Assembly (NCBI GenBank): GCA_030248215.1 | Contig: JASANG010000727.1 | Span: 372,001 to 436,000 of the forward strand | Length of the DNA: 64,000 nt | Source of the DNA: Enoplolaimus lenunculus | Taxonomy: Eukaryota | Direction of reading: 5' to 3' | Shown: positions 1 through 12,282 of the stretch, in pieces | How positions within the stretch are numbered: the first letter of the stretch is position 1 | Layout: the number at the start of each line of letters is the position of its first letter | Position numbers and translations under genes: made by a program | The notes under the pieces: model-generated | Told to the model about the DNA's origin: nothing | What the model saw: only the letters and a program-made list of their open reading frames with translations | Database searches by the model: none

Positions 1-438
1 TCCTTATGATGATTATATATTTTAAAATACTGACCGTAGCCTAATTTTAACGAAACTGATACATAGTGTTTAAAACACCATTAGCTTGTTGTTGTCTTTG
101 TTATCTTCGCAGTTTATAGCTTTTACGGCCAATTTTACTTTGACGGTTGTGACAGCAGTAAAGTATATTATTAAGCCTATGCCTCAGAGTAAGGATAAGC
201 AAAGTACCATGCCTAAGCCTAAGCCTAAGGAAAAAATTTGTCTGATGTTCAAGTTTGTGTGATAGTGTACGAAAAAAATGGTTTGCACCTCAAAGCAGCA
301 TAAGCCGCTTTTACAGCATTAAGGATAACATAGCAGTACATGAAGAAAAATTACATAATCTGTACATCTCCAATTTCAACTTGAAATGATATACTGAGCG
401 TGATTCACAGTACACTATAAAATTGATATACTACAAGG

Positions 439-719
439 GGCCAATGTTAATACTTTAAGAGACGTAACAGCAAATTAAGCGTATTCCAAAGCCTACCCTA
501 AGCCTAAACGTTGCAAAAATGTATTCCTAAGCCTAAGCCTAACCTAAGCCTAAGCGTTACAAAAATGTATTTCTAAGCCTCGCCTAAGTCTAAGAAGCGT
601 TGCAAATATGTATTCCTAAACGTAAGCCTAAGCCTAAGCAAAAAATGTAATCTACAGTCTAAACCTACTTTTATATAGACCCATCAGAACCCTGGACGCC
701 TCTTAAAGTAATATGGGCC
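439..719. mobile_element. Merlin-like MITE, subfamily GGCCAATGTTACTTT, with TTAGGC array
   Basis: TIRs; 8-bp TSD ctacaagg. Related copies about 6355-6538, 9741-9889, 24273-24427, 25810-26172, 30642-30833, 31488-31762, 35048-35242, 45341-45538, 55739-56059. Confidence 0.8.
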
Positions 720-849
720 CTACAAGGTATAAAAAATGCTTGACAGAGCAAAAACCGCTATTGCAGAATTTGTCAACTGGTCTCAGTAAATGTTTCTGCA
801 AGAGGGCGAACTCGTTGGTACACAGGCCGCTTTCTTCTGAAGTTGCAGC

Positions 850-1254
850 GGCAGAGGTACCGAATCTTGACCCCCCTAAGATTTTGATAAAGTGGTCCAT
901 CCTATAGATCTCGACGAGCTAAACTCAACGGTAACATTTTTATGGCTGTATGACCAACGGTTCAGAAGTTATGGCCATCAAAATTATAGTGCAAACACGC
1001 ACAGATTGGAACAGGAAGTATCTATCATTCACATGTTCGTAACATACAAGCTTAGCCAGGTTTATTGCTAACACAAATTTGATTGTTGTTTGTACACGTT
1101 TTATATGGCAAAAAGTTAACATTTAAAGGGCTAACTATTGAACCGATGACCCTGCAGCGCTAAAAATGGCACCATTAAACTCAGTCGCTTTGAAATCTAA
1201 AAATGAACTATTTTTATTAAAATCCTAGGGGGTTCCATATTCCGTACCTCCGAC
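850..1254. mobile_element. GG-terminated MITE (Merlin-like, no satellite)
   Basis: TIR ggcagaggtac/gtacctccgac, TSD gttgcagc; homologous copy at 63225-63632. Confidence 0.75.
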
Positions 1255-1270
1255 GTTGCAGCCTTGCTCT

Positions 1271-2235
1271 GGTCCATGTTACTATAAAGACTGTCCCAAT
1301 TTCCCGGGACACAAATATACTCGGAGTGCACCCTTATGCGCTGCTGTTTACATATGCACAGAAAGATATATTTTCGTAGGATATATATTATATATATTAT
1401 ATATATTTATATATTTATATATATCTGTCCCATCTGTCCCAACTTTCACATCTGTCCCAACTGCCCCATATGACCTATCGGTCCATCTGTCCCAAATGTC
1501 CAAACCGTCCCATCTGTCCCGTTTGTCCCAACTGTCCCATCTGTCCCATTTGTACCGCTGTCCCATCTGTCCCGCTGTCCCATCTGTCCCGATGTCCCAT
1601 CTGCCCCATCTGTCCCAACTGTCCCATCTGTCCAACTGTCCCATCTGTCTCAACTGTCCCATCTGTCCAAACTGTCCCATCTGTCCCATCTGTCCAAACT
1701 GTCCCATCTGTCCCATCTGTCCAAACTGTCCCATCTGTCCCATTTGTCCCAATTGTCCCAACTGTCCCATCTGTCCCATATATCCTATCTGTCCCATCTG
1801 TCCCAACTGTCCGAACTGTCTCATCTGTCCAAACTGTCCAAACTGTCCCAACTATCCAAACTGTCCAAACTGTCCCATCTGCCCCGCTGTCCCAACTGTC
1901 CCATCTGTCCCAACTGTCCCATCTGCCTCAACTGTCCCATCTGTCCAAACTGTCCCATCTGTCCCAACTGTCCCATTTGTCCCAACTGTTCAATCTGTCC
2001 AACTGTCCCATCTGTCCCATCTGTCCCAACTGTCCCATCTGTCCCAACTGTCACAACTGTCCCATCTGTCCCAACTGTCCCATCTGTCCCAACTGTCCCG
2101 CTGTCCCATCTGTCCCAACTGTCGAATCTGTCCCACTGTCTCATCTGTCCCGCTGTCCCAATTATTATGTTTTTAATGTACTCCTGGTACATTGCTGTCG
2201 CGGAAAATGGGACGACCTTTAAAGTAACATTGGCC
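1271..2235. mobile_element. Merlin-like MITE containing an expanded CTGTCCCA(T/A) 9-nt satellite
   Basis: TIR ggtccatgttacta/aagtaacattggcc, TSD cttgctct/cttgctcg; satellite about 1424-2160. Confidence 0.8.
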
Positions 2236-2288
2236 CTTGCTCGTATCAACTAGCTGCGAATTATATGTTCAACCAAATCATTATTAAC

Positions 2289-2414
2289 CTCGACATCCAC
2301 CGTCTATACTGTCGTATCCGGGCAGACAATGACAAGCGAACGATCCTTCACTATTCACACACGCGTGTTCAGGATCACAACCAAAATCAGCCGGCGTTTC
2401 ACATTCGTTGATAT
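2289..2414 (-). CDS. Gene B cbEGF exon
   Basis: [42 protein letters not shown]; 126 nt. Confidence 0.9.
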
Positions 2415-5400
2415 CTTAAAAACAACAAATTTGACCTAATGGGCGAGAACAGTTTAAACTTCGCTGCTCGTAAGTCAACTGAAATGCTTGCACGCCTCTC
2501 GTGAAAATTTTTAGTTTTCGCTAGCACGTTGAGCTGTGTACACTGCAAAAAATTGTGAGTCAAATTGACTCTCTCTGAAATAGGCTCTACTGGACTACAC
2601 AAACTGAGTCAAATTCGACTCCACCAGAGTCAAATGTGTCTCACTTCGTCGCGCGTTTGACTCTGGCGGAGTCCGATTTGATTCAGTTTGTGCAGTCTCG
2701 TAGAGCCTATTTCGGAGAGAGTCAATTAGACTCGCCATTTTTTGCAGCGTACGGGTCTGAAAATAAGTGCCGGAGCAGGCAGGGGTGGGGGCTCCCTCAA
2801 AATTTCAGAGTGGGGTCCCGCAAACTCGCGAGCGAAGCGAGCTAGCAGCCAGACGCATTTTAAAACTTAAACGGTTTCTGTTTCAACCGGTTAGGGTGGG
2901 GGCAACTTTAGGGGTATGGGGATGAAGCGTGGCTCCTTCGGCCCTGCTGAAGACGGTATACATTAGATATATGTCCTCCACTTTCCTGTACCATTAGGAA
3001 AAATGTTCAAATTTACTTGTTTTAAGATTGATCAAACAACGTTCTCGTAGTTTAGCCACCGTATTAGAGTGAATAAAAATTTCAGTTAAAATATTCAAGG
3101 GTTTCGTTTAACACACCAAATGGCCGTTCAAGGGATGAACTGGGGGGTGGTCAACTTTTATGCGTTTGAATTAATCACCTGGCTCGTTCACAGCGTTCGT
3201 TCCTTTGGTTTTGTTTAAATTGTTCTTTTCAGCAAGGCACAAACTTCAGCTGTCCCATTTAATAATAAATTACTTTGTGTGGAGGTTTAGGGTCGATAGC
3301 CTCATCCTATTTAGTGTTCCTTTAAATTGCAAACAGGTAGCCAGTGTATGTGTCGCAGCCCAAGTCGTAATTCAACCCAATTCCGAACTGTGCTAGTCCA
3401 AAGCCGAACTGCGACTTGGGCTATCGCAACACAGAATTATGCCAGATAAATCTGTGAGTTTTCTGATTGGTTGCTTGATAGTCGTAATCTTGCTTGATTC
3501 CCCTTACTCAGTAAACCAAACTGCTTGGTAGGCAGCAGGTGGCGATTACTTTGCCAATCAGAAAAGAGTATTCGCAACAGCCAATCGTATTTGAGTATGG
3601 CATCAAGGTACAAGCCAATCACAAGTCATGCACTTGTTGCATAGAAACATTTACACCGTCGCCTAGCCGAAGTCGTAACTACATCCTGGACTAGTTCAAT
3701 TCAGAATTGGGCTAAATTACAACTTGGACTACAACATAATATGCCTTAACGTACCTTTACACAAACCATTAACATCATAGTAGCCCTGCTCGCATGTACA
3801 TTTGAAACTTCCCGGAATATTGACACATATATGCGGCGAAGTACAAGGATCAGTCGTATCGCTGCATTCGTTGTAATCTAAAATTTGCCAGACACCAACT
3901 GGTTTAGATTCCACATCTCAAATTTAATTGCCAGATACGTATAAAGGATTTCATTTCATGATGGATAACCATGTTTAAATGTTTTTTGCGAGCGAGAAAT
4001 TGTTTTACCTCTGCAGGTTTTTCAGGGGTTTTCGCGTTGTTTGCAGGATGAGCGGGAAAAAGAACCTACTAATAGTGGCATGATTTTTTCGCTGAATAAC
4101 AGACCATAAGAACTTTATTCCAACCTATGGTCCATGTGTAGAACAATGTCGTATGGATTTCCGGAGGGGCTATTATAGAGTCAGTTTAAGCTTTAGACTA
4201 CATTTTTTGCTTAGGCTTAGGCTTAGGCTTAGGCTTAGGCTTAGGCTTAGGCTTAGGCTTAGGTTTAGGCTTAGGCTTAAGAAAAGGCTCATCCATACGC
4301 TTAGGCTTAGGCTTAGGAATAGTCTCATCCATACGCTTAGGCTTAGGCTTAGGCTTCGACTTAGGCTTAGGCTTAGGAATAGGCTCATCCATACGCTTAG
4401 GCTTAGGCTTAGGCTTAGGAATAGGCTCATCCATACGCTTAGGCTTAGGAATAGGCTCATCCATACGCTTAGGCTTAGGTTTAGGCTTAGGCTTAGGCTT
4501 AGGCTTAGGCTTAAGAATAGGCTCATCCATACGCTTAGGCTTAGGCTTAGGTATAGGCTCATCCATACGCTTAGGCTTAGGCTTAGGCTTAGGCTTAGGC
4601 TTCGGCTTAGGCTTAGGAATATGCTTATACTGCTCTTCCGGCGCTGTTCTATACATGGGCCCAATCTATTATGCTGTGCTCTTGCTAAAGGTACCGTTTT
4701 TACGGCCCTACAGGCATCTTTTCTGCTGTCTAACCAAAGTGTTTCTGCGACAAAATTTACACAATATGCATTGCATATATTGCATATGCGCTAGGACAAA
4801 CATGTCTCACTATCATACGCTTACAAGCGTTAAAATTTAACATTCTTCCGATAAAAATACATCAATAGAAACGGAAAATTTGACTTTTTCCAGGTACAAA
4901 CTTGTTTAAGCACGACGTTTCACTAGCAGGTTTTAAAGCGGTTTTATGTGGTCCGCAGTTAAGATGATCCAAAAAATAAAAATCAAAAAAATGATAATTG
5001 CTTCGGGTGATAGAGAAGGCATGGAATAAGTGTCAGTTAGGCTATGCAAATAGCTATTTCATGGTATAATGTTGTGTTCAAAGTTTACAGGAATCATTAA
5101 GTCAGTTTTTGCAATTCATTAATGGAGCATCCACGTTATAACGCTCGCGAAAAAGTAAAAAATTGTCCTGTCCCTCCGAGTATCAACGTTGTGTGAACAG
5201 AGTGGGCTAAGACAGTAGGTCTTACTCAAATAACTTATCCTTACAGAGTACCGACAATAAACATAGCCAGTTTGGAAGCTTATATTTGTCTTAACCTTAC
5301 GGCAATAACATGTTTTTGTCCCTATGCCATATGCACAGTGTACAAATTTTCTGAGTCCCTCCGAAGGGACTATTTAAACAACACTGTGTGCGTTTATATA

Positions 5401-8400
5401 CGCAAACTTCACACATTTCAAATAAAACGCTATAACAATATCTGCATTACTGCACATACCTTAAAATGTCCATACAGCCAAAAAAACGCCATGTGTTTTG
5501 TCCGAGTCCCTTACGATAGACTGCGGACAAATACCACTATCTAAGCACACCATTATTTATGTCCAGACACTCTAACTACAATTGTAAAACGTACTCTCTT
5601 TGTAGAGGTAAACTGGACATTTTTTTGCATCTGCGCAAGCGTTATAACGTGGATACTCCATAATTATAAATGCGATTGAAGGAATTGCGAATACGCACAG
5701 CGGATAACAGGAAAATAACGTGATACTGAATCGTATTATAGTCTAGTAATTCTGTCTGACACTCGGATCATTAATACCAAGAGTGGATGATCACTCTTTA
5801 TAACAAGAGTGTTGCAACTGGGTACATTCTGTGGATTAAAAAATGTACCCGGCACGCGTTGCGTTTTTGGCCTCCCCCCTTGTTTAGGAGGCGGTCTGTA
5901 TGCAGTTTTATATTGTAGTAAAATTATTGTGTTAATATAGTCATACGCGCAAGTGTGATTTAACAACATAGTTGACCCCCCCCCTTAAATGAGAGGGGGT
6001 AGGTGTACTGAAGCATACTTTATTGTTAATATTTTGTTTACCCCCTCTCTGATTGAGGGGGGGGGTTGAACAAAAATGCAACGCGTGCTGGTGCATTTAG
6101 TACCATGCAAAGCCCAAGCAGTTGCACACTCTTCTGCAAGGTGGACATCATCCACTCTTGTTAATACTGAAGCTATTTTTACTGCGAAGTTAATATGCCG
6201 GTTTAATTTTATTGGAAAATGATGGAAATCAAAAATTTGCAAGCAGCGTATTTCAAAAATTCACGGTTTTGAATTTGTTTCTTTTGGTAAAATTTTTCAA
6301 AAATTCAAAATTTTATTTGTAATGTAAACAATCTTGCGTTGGATGGCTCGCACAGGCCAATGTTACTTTTAGAAGCGAAAACAGTAGGTTAAGCGTATTC
6401 CTAAGCCTAACCCTAATCCTAAGGTTGCAAGAATGTGTTCCTACGCCTAAGCCTAAGCAAAAAATGTATTCTAGAATCTAAATCTACTCTTTTATAGACC
6501 CACCAGAAACCTGGACGCCCCTTAAACAAACATTGGCCGCTCACACATCAATAGTTTGGCCCATGTATAGAACAAGGCCCGAACAGTAGTATAAGCATAT
6601 TCCTAAGCCTAAGCCTAAGTCTAAGCAAAAAATAGTCAAAAGCTTAAACTGACTCTTATAGCCCCTCCGGAGAACGAACCGTCCCTGTTCTATACATGGG
6701 CCAATAGTTTTATGACATTTTTAATTTTTAGCATTTAGCAATGATATTTTGTCACGTTTATTTGTAAGTATTGGTTCACATACCTTCACATCCTTGATTG
6801 GTGATATTATATCCGGTTCCGCAAACACAAATGTACGACCCCGGTGTGTTGCAATGATATTTTGTCACATTTATTTGTAAGTATTGGTTCACATACCTTC
6901 ACATCCTTGATTGGTGATATTATATCCGGTTCCGCAAACACACATGTACGACCCCGGTGTGTTTTTGCAGTACATTTCAGTTTTAGCTCGAATAGCGCAA
7001 TCGTTTGTTGTTGAATGGCTACATTCGTCGACGTCTAAAACAAAATTCAGTATTTTAAATTGCAAAAAGCAACGCTAAATCCGCTAAAACTGGCTTTATT
7101 TACAACACCTGCAAGTGAACTAAATGCGGCATCCTGGATTCCAGAAGTAGGTCTTGCAACAACAACATTGTACTGAAATTTGGCACTTGAAAGTACGAAA
7201 AAGTTTCCGGTTATCTCGACGAAAAACTGCTACATTTATTTTATTGAAGTTCCGCCTTTTGTCAGATATAAACCTCCTTGCATAAGTTACTTTGGCAACA
7301 TTTGCCTCATTTAAGCTTTACCAACGTTGGTTAACGATAAAAGTTTGATTCGAATGAATTAAGTTTGAAAAGCTTTCACAAGCCGCCCACTGTTACTTTG
7401 AATTCAACCCAAAAACACTGCTAAATAGAAAAATTAGTGAAAAAAATTTCGTATTTGTTTGGTAGAATTGAACAAAATGTGAAAGATTTCGACGCGTATT
7501 CGATAATTTGAAGATCTATTTAGCATGCTCAACCAATGAAATTGAGGACGTTTTTGTATTACCTATACATCCATCAGCACCAGTTGTATAACCGCTTGGA
7601 CATCGACATTTAAACGATCCTACGGTATTTACACAGTCCATTGCAATGTTCGCCTTCCAAAAACAATCATGTCTTGATTCGCTCTCGCATTCATTGATAT
7701 CTCAAATTGCAATTTTACACTGCAAATTCTATTGAAATCTACATTATTAAACCTGGAACGCCGTACATATTTATTATACGGGCAACTTTCCAGCATAAAC
7801 TTTGTTTACAATATTTTCTCAGAGCAGAAATGTGATGTTCTGTGGGAAGAAAATTTACATGCAAATTGTTGTGGATTCGTTAACTTTTGTGCATTACGCA
7901 AAGCCGGCTGACTAGTAAAAATTATTATGTAACAGTAAACGTGGTTTACCGTCTTTATACTCACCACCAAATGAAAGGGGCCTTTGACACCCAAATGTTC
8001 CCCCCACAAAATTTCAACATTTTAGCATTAAATTTAAGTCTTTTATTACTAAAATTAAAACTGTCTTTAGGTTCGCTAACGCTTGCAAGAATAATAATCT
8101 TGTCTATCTTAAAAATTAACATTTTTTGATCTCGTGGGCCCCTCACATTGACACCGGGTGATGCCCCTAAAATACTTGGCACGTCATTACTATGGAACAG
8201 GTTAATTTAAATTTACAAGGTTATTTAAAACCTACACCATATAAAATCCAAACGTCCTCTGTTGAACGAGTTGAAAAAAGATGCGTTTTAAATTTTGCAG
8301 AAAGAATATGTTTGCCAGAAACACTGGAAATAACAGTTGAAACATTTATAAATTTGACAGAATAACGACAGTATTTTGCTTGAAATTACGGCCTATGTAA

Positions 8401-9547
8401 AGATTAGGGCCGGAACGGAACGTTTTGCAGTGGAACTGCAATAGAGTAATCTTAAGTTTTAGAGTAATTTTTTGCTTGGCTTAGGCTTAGGCTCAGGAAT
8501 ATGCTCATTCTTATGCTTAGGTTTAGGCTTAAGCTTAAGTTTTAGGCTTAAGAATATGCCTATAATACTGTTCCGCCCTTGTTCTTTACATTGGCCGAAA
8601 TTATTATTGCTTTATTTCAATTATATTTTTCACACATACCTTGACACGTGCCGTCAAGTCTTCGCTCAAATCCTAAACCGCATTTACAGCTTGATTCTGC
8701 TCCGAAATCAACACAAACTTCATTTGGGCTGCAGTTTGCATCAGACTTGCCACAACCAGCGTGTGCTAAAATTCAAATTTAACAAAACCAACATTATAAT
8801 ATTTGCTACATTTTGTGCAGTAAAAGTGCAAACATAAAACAAAATTTGCAATTTCAATTAAACACGTCATGAATTTGTATTTGAGTGCATGAAACAGACC
8901 GCAAGTCGCCCCCCTTTACTGCACACCGATGTTGCACTACGTCTGTGGATAGACCAACTTGTTGAAGGCAGCTCCAGAGCAGGCTAGGGTGGGGCTATCC
9001 AAATTCCAGGGGTGGGATACCTTTGCGATGATCAAACTATTTTTCAAAGTTTTTGTTTAAAATCTTGTTAGCGTACGGTTCCTCCTTCGGGTGCCCCACA
9101 AAGTGGTGTATGGGGTGGCTCCTCTGGCCCTGGTTAAAGAGATCAAACAATTCAAGCTGGGTCATACGGGACTTGACAAGTTTTACAATAATCGAGTCGA
9201 AAATATGTAATTATTTTCTATGGACACTTTTGAGTGGTTCGTTTTGGATACGCGAAAGCTATTGACACAAGACAAATGTTTAATTTAACGGATAATTGCA
9301 GTACCGGATATATTCCGTAACGAAGGGCGGCGGAGCGTGGGTTAAAAATAAATAACAGTCCGTAACCGAATAAGAAGAACGGGTACCTTCTGGAAAGGCA
9401 AAATAAATATCAATCCCCCCTCTTATTCGGGTCACTACAGTATAGGACAAGCGAAATGAAGAAACACAACTTACTCTTGTGAACCAATGCGACGAAGACC
9501 AGACCATAAATAGCCGGTCTCAATTTAAGCTCGATTTGGTATTTCAT
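2289..9547 (-). CDS. Gene B (3'-partial, spliced): secreted EGF-repeat protein, signal peptide + atypical EGF + at least 4 cbEGF
   Basis: ATG exon 9547-9475 splices in frame to the phase-1 EGF exons at 8765, 7700, 7034, 3877 and 2414. Confidence 0.72.
2541..2749. mobile_element. Palindromic CACTG-terminated MITE (CACTA/EnSpm-like)
   Basis: CACTGCAAAAAA...TTTTTTGCAG(T/C)G, long internal IR, 2-bp TSD. Other copies about 10274-10471, 22056-22262, 26806-27013, 27141-27340, 38867-39074, 49224-49441, 51585-51793, 59127-59344, 61651-61859. Confidence 0.8.
3357..3728. mobile_element. MITE with CCCAAGTCGTAATT TIRs
   Basis: Inverted ends; homologous copy about 59672-60028. Confidence 0.65.
3755..3877 (-). 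CDS. Gene B cbEGF exon
   Basis: [41 protein letters not shown]; 123 nt. Confidence 0.9.
4129..4661. mobile_element. Merlin-like MITE, subfamily GGCCCATGTATAGAACAG, with expanded TTAGGC/ATAGGCTCATCCATACGC array
   Basis: TIRs; TSD caacctat/caatctat. Related copies 6558-6702, 11662-11803, 16576-16758, 21946-22353, 26531-26677, 29143-29441, 47249-47392, 56607-56777, about 58020-58428. Confidence 0.82.
5123..5660. mobile_element. Harbinger-like MITE
   Basis: TIR TGGAG(C/T)ATCCACGTTATAACGC, TAA TSD. Confidence 0.7.
5778..6160. mobile_element. P-element-like MITE
   Basis: TIR CAAGAGTGGAT, 7-bp TSD ttaatac; relatives about 18193-18440 and 61449-61970. Confidence 0.72.
6738..6963. repeat. 113-bp tandem duplication including the 3' half of an EGF exon and its donor site
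   Basis: 6738-6850 nearly identical to 6851-6963. Confidence 0.9.
6897..7034 (-). CDS. Gene B cbEGF exon
   Basis: [46 protein letters not shown]; 138 nt. Confidence 0.9.
7563..7700 (-). CDS. Gene B cbEGF exon
   Basis: [46 protein letters not shown]; 138 nt; rare GAG acceptor. Confidence 0.88.
8390..8596. mobile_element. Merlin-like MITE, subfamily GGCCCATGTAAAGA, with TTAGGC array
   Basis: TSD gaaattac/gaaattat; relatives about 11918-12100, 15473-15800, 15983-16213, 17588-17845, 37309-37519, 39408-39630, 62582-62847. Confidence 0.75.
8640..8765 (-). CDS. Gene B exon 2: end of signal peptide + non-calcium-binding EGF
   Basis: (T)[41 protein letters not shown]; ttttag/GTATGT; 126 nt. Confidence 0.85.
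9475..9547 (-). CDS. Gene B first coding exon, signal peptide
   Basis: gaaa[27 protein letters not shown] + 1 nt; strong donor A|GTAAGT; 73 nt, phase 1. Confidence 0.72.
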
Positions 9548-10894
9548 TTTCAATTTAAATGCGTTGTACTTTAAGACAACTTTTTTAACATTGTTTCGCT
9601 GACGCTCTCACGTTTCACGAAAGTTATTTTTTTTCAACAGAGAATAGACAATAAACACCTTATATTAATACTTAACAACTTCTGGTTAAGACAAGACGAA
9701 CGCATATAAAAATGGATGTTTGACAATTGATTATGAATGTGGCCCATGTTACTTTAAGGGGCGTCCAGGTTTCTGGTGGGTCCATAAAAGAGTAGATTTA
9801 GATTTCATTTTTTTGCTTAGGCTTAGGCTTAGGAATACGCTTAATCTCTACTGTTACGGTCCTTAAAGTAACATTGGCCATGAATGTTACCGCCCATGTA
9901 AAGAACAGAGGCGGAACGTTTTTCTGTATTTCTGGAATAGGGTATGCTTAGTTTTATAAACTATTTTTTGTTTACGCTTAAGCTTAGATATAAGCTCATT
10001 CTTATATCCAGGCTTTAGGCTTAGAAATATGCTTATATACATTAAGTACGTTTCCGCTCCTGTTCTATAGTTAGCCAGTGATTTTGGCGTGAAAAGATCG
10101 TTTTAAAATAACTTCTATTCGTTTCGTTCCGAGTATGCGAATCTCGAAATAAGCTTCAAAATCTATGTGAACAAACATTAACAACCGTGATGCCTTGACA
10201 AGTACGTACAACGATTCAACTAAGAACATAAAAACATTTCCAAATCCTTACTTTAGGCCATCTGGGTACACACACTACAAAAAATGGTGAGTCAGATTGA
10301 CTCGCTCCGAAATAAGCTTTTCCAGACTCTACAAACTGAGTCAAATTCGACTCACTGCGTGATCCATTGAGTCGAAATTGACTCTGGCGGAGTCGAATGT
10401 TGACTCAGTTTGTGTAGTCAGGAAAAGCCTATTTCGGAGAGAGTCAATTTGACTCACCATTTTTTGCAGTGCATATAGCGGCTAATAAAATGGGTCGAAA
10501 CGAAGACACAAACATATACACGTCCTAAGTAGCGGTTGTACTTAGTCAAGCGTTTACTTAATAGCGTTTAACTACGCTGGCTATTCATTTCAAAGTTTCT
10601 CCACATACAAAAAACCGTTTTAACTGCAAACGGCGGTGTTAAAATAGCGTTTTATTTTTGACACGATTCCTCATAAAAGAATTCGAATTATACCCTGACT
10701 TATAATTCAACAATCAAACATCCTATTACCTAAACCTACCTGGTTGGTTGCCTCACCCAAAGAAAACTATTCGCCCCAAACCACAAAAGTTACTGGTTAA
10801 AATTAAAGACTCACTCAATTAATGAAGTTTACTCGTAAATGTTAAGACCATGTAATTCTATACGTCACCAATAATACATTTAAAATTATAATTA

Positions 10895-11146
10895 CACTGT
10901 AAATTCCAGTGAGTTAATTTTAACTCAGAATGAGTTGAATCGCTCAGTTTGAGTTAGGACTGTCAGAACTGATATTTCTGAGTTGATTCAACTCGTTCTG
11001 GTTTAATTAGGGCAACTTTCTCCAAATAAACTCAACTCAGAGTGAGAATCAACTGAAATCAGAGTGAGTTAAAGTATATTGTTATTAACTCCCGAATAAT
11101 TAACTTTACATCATTTTGGTTTATTAACTCATTGGAATTTACAGTG
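10895..11146. mobile_element. CACTGTAAATTCC-terminated MITE
   Basis: TIR cactgtaaattcc/ggaatttacagtg, TA flanks; relative about 35539-35790. Confidence 0.72.
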
Positions 11147-12282
11147 TAATATATTCAAAAAACAATGATTTATGTATAAACTGCATAATTTAAAGAAAGA
11201 CTGATTAAAGCTGTGTTTTTCAATTTAAAACCACATTTAAAACGCGGTATCAAATGATTATCATAATTCTGAACCTGGCAGTCGTTTTTCATGTTGTCAT
11301 GAATGAAATCTGAAAATAAACGCACGTCACAATATGTACAATGTTGTCAGAAGTTATCATTGCAGGTTTGGTGCCAATGTATAGAACAGGGCCAAAACAG
11401 TAGTATAAGCATATTCCTAAGCCTAAACCTATAATGCTGGGCAGTATTGCTACATTACGGTAATAAAACGTAGTAAAGTAGTAAATCTAAAAATTAAAGC
11501 AGATAAGCATGGCTTTTGTGGTAACGCGTTCCATTCAATAACTTGGCGTTCAAATTTTAACTTCAAAACAACTGGCTGGTAAAATAGGAATTATACAGGA
11601 AATGTTGGACAAAATGTCGGTATAAAATTGCAAGATGGATTTGCATCGAAATAAAAATGGCGGCCCATGTACAGAACAGAGCCAGATCGTTTTCCGGAGG
11701 GGCTGTAATAGAGTCAGTTTAAACTGTAGACTATTTTTTTGCTTAGGCTTAGGCTTAGGAATATGGTTATAATGCTGTTGCGGCCCAGTTCTATGCATGG
11801 GCCAAAATGGCGATAAATTGCATCCAAGCTTTTTTAAGACTTGCAGCAAAAATGTTGAGTAGGATCGAAATTGTTCAACAAAGTTATAAAACCTGTTGTG
11901 AATTTCTTAAAGAAAGGGCCAATGTAAAAAAACAGAGGCGGAATATTCTTAAGCCTACACCTTAGCCTAAGCGTAAGAATGAGCCTATTCACTGAGCCTA
12001 AGCCTAAGCCTAAGCCAAGAAAAAAAATTTGTCTAAAGCTTAAGCTTCCTCTATTGCAGTCCCACAGAAAAACGTTCCGCCACTGATCGTTACATGAGCC
12101 AAGACAAGCAACGTCAAAACATCAAAATAAAAGCTTATGTAATTTTTTTACCTTTCAAGCTAAATTTAGTTACGAGAGCTTTAGTATATAGTTTGATCAC
12201 ATTCCACAAAACTGAATCTCGAGTGTTTTTTAGCTTACCCTGTGCGAAATTCAAGTCTTACGTCCCGTGCAGACGAGACCGT

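Noticed and set aside
1256..2253. Long Cys-rich or Gln/Gly-rich ORFs (CPICPNC, MGQ repeats) resembling metallothionein or structural proteins
   Set aside because: Stop-free translations of a 9-nt satellite inside a TIR/TSD-bounded MITE; open in most frames
4153..4794. PKPK / LRLR / LSLS ORFs (also 15471, 29105, 30927, 57978)
   Set aside because: Translations of TTAGGC arrays in MITEs
10738..10795. AG/GT-bounded segment as an extra coding exon
   Set aside because: Stops in all three frames
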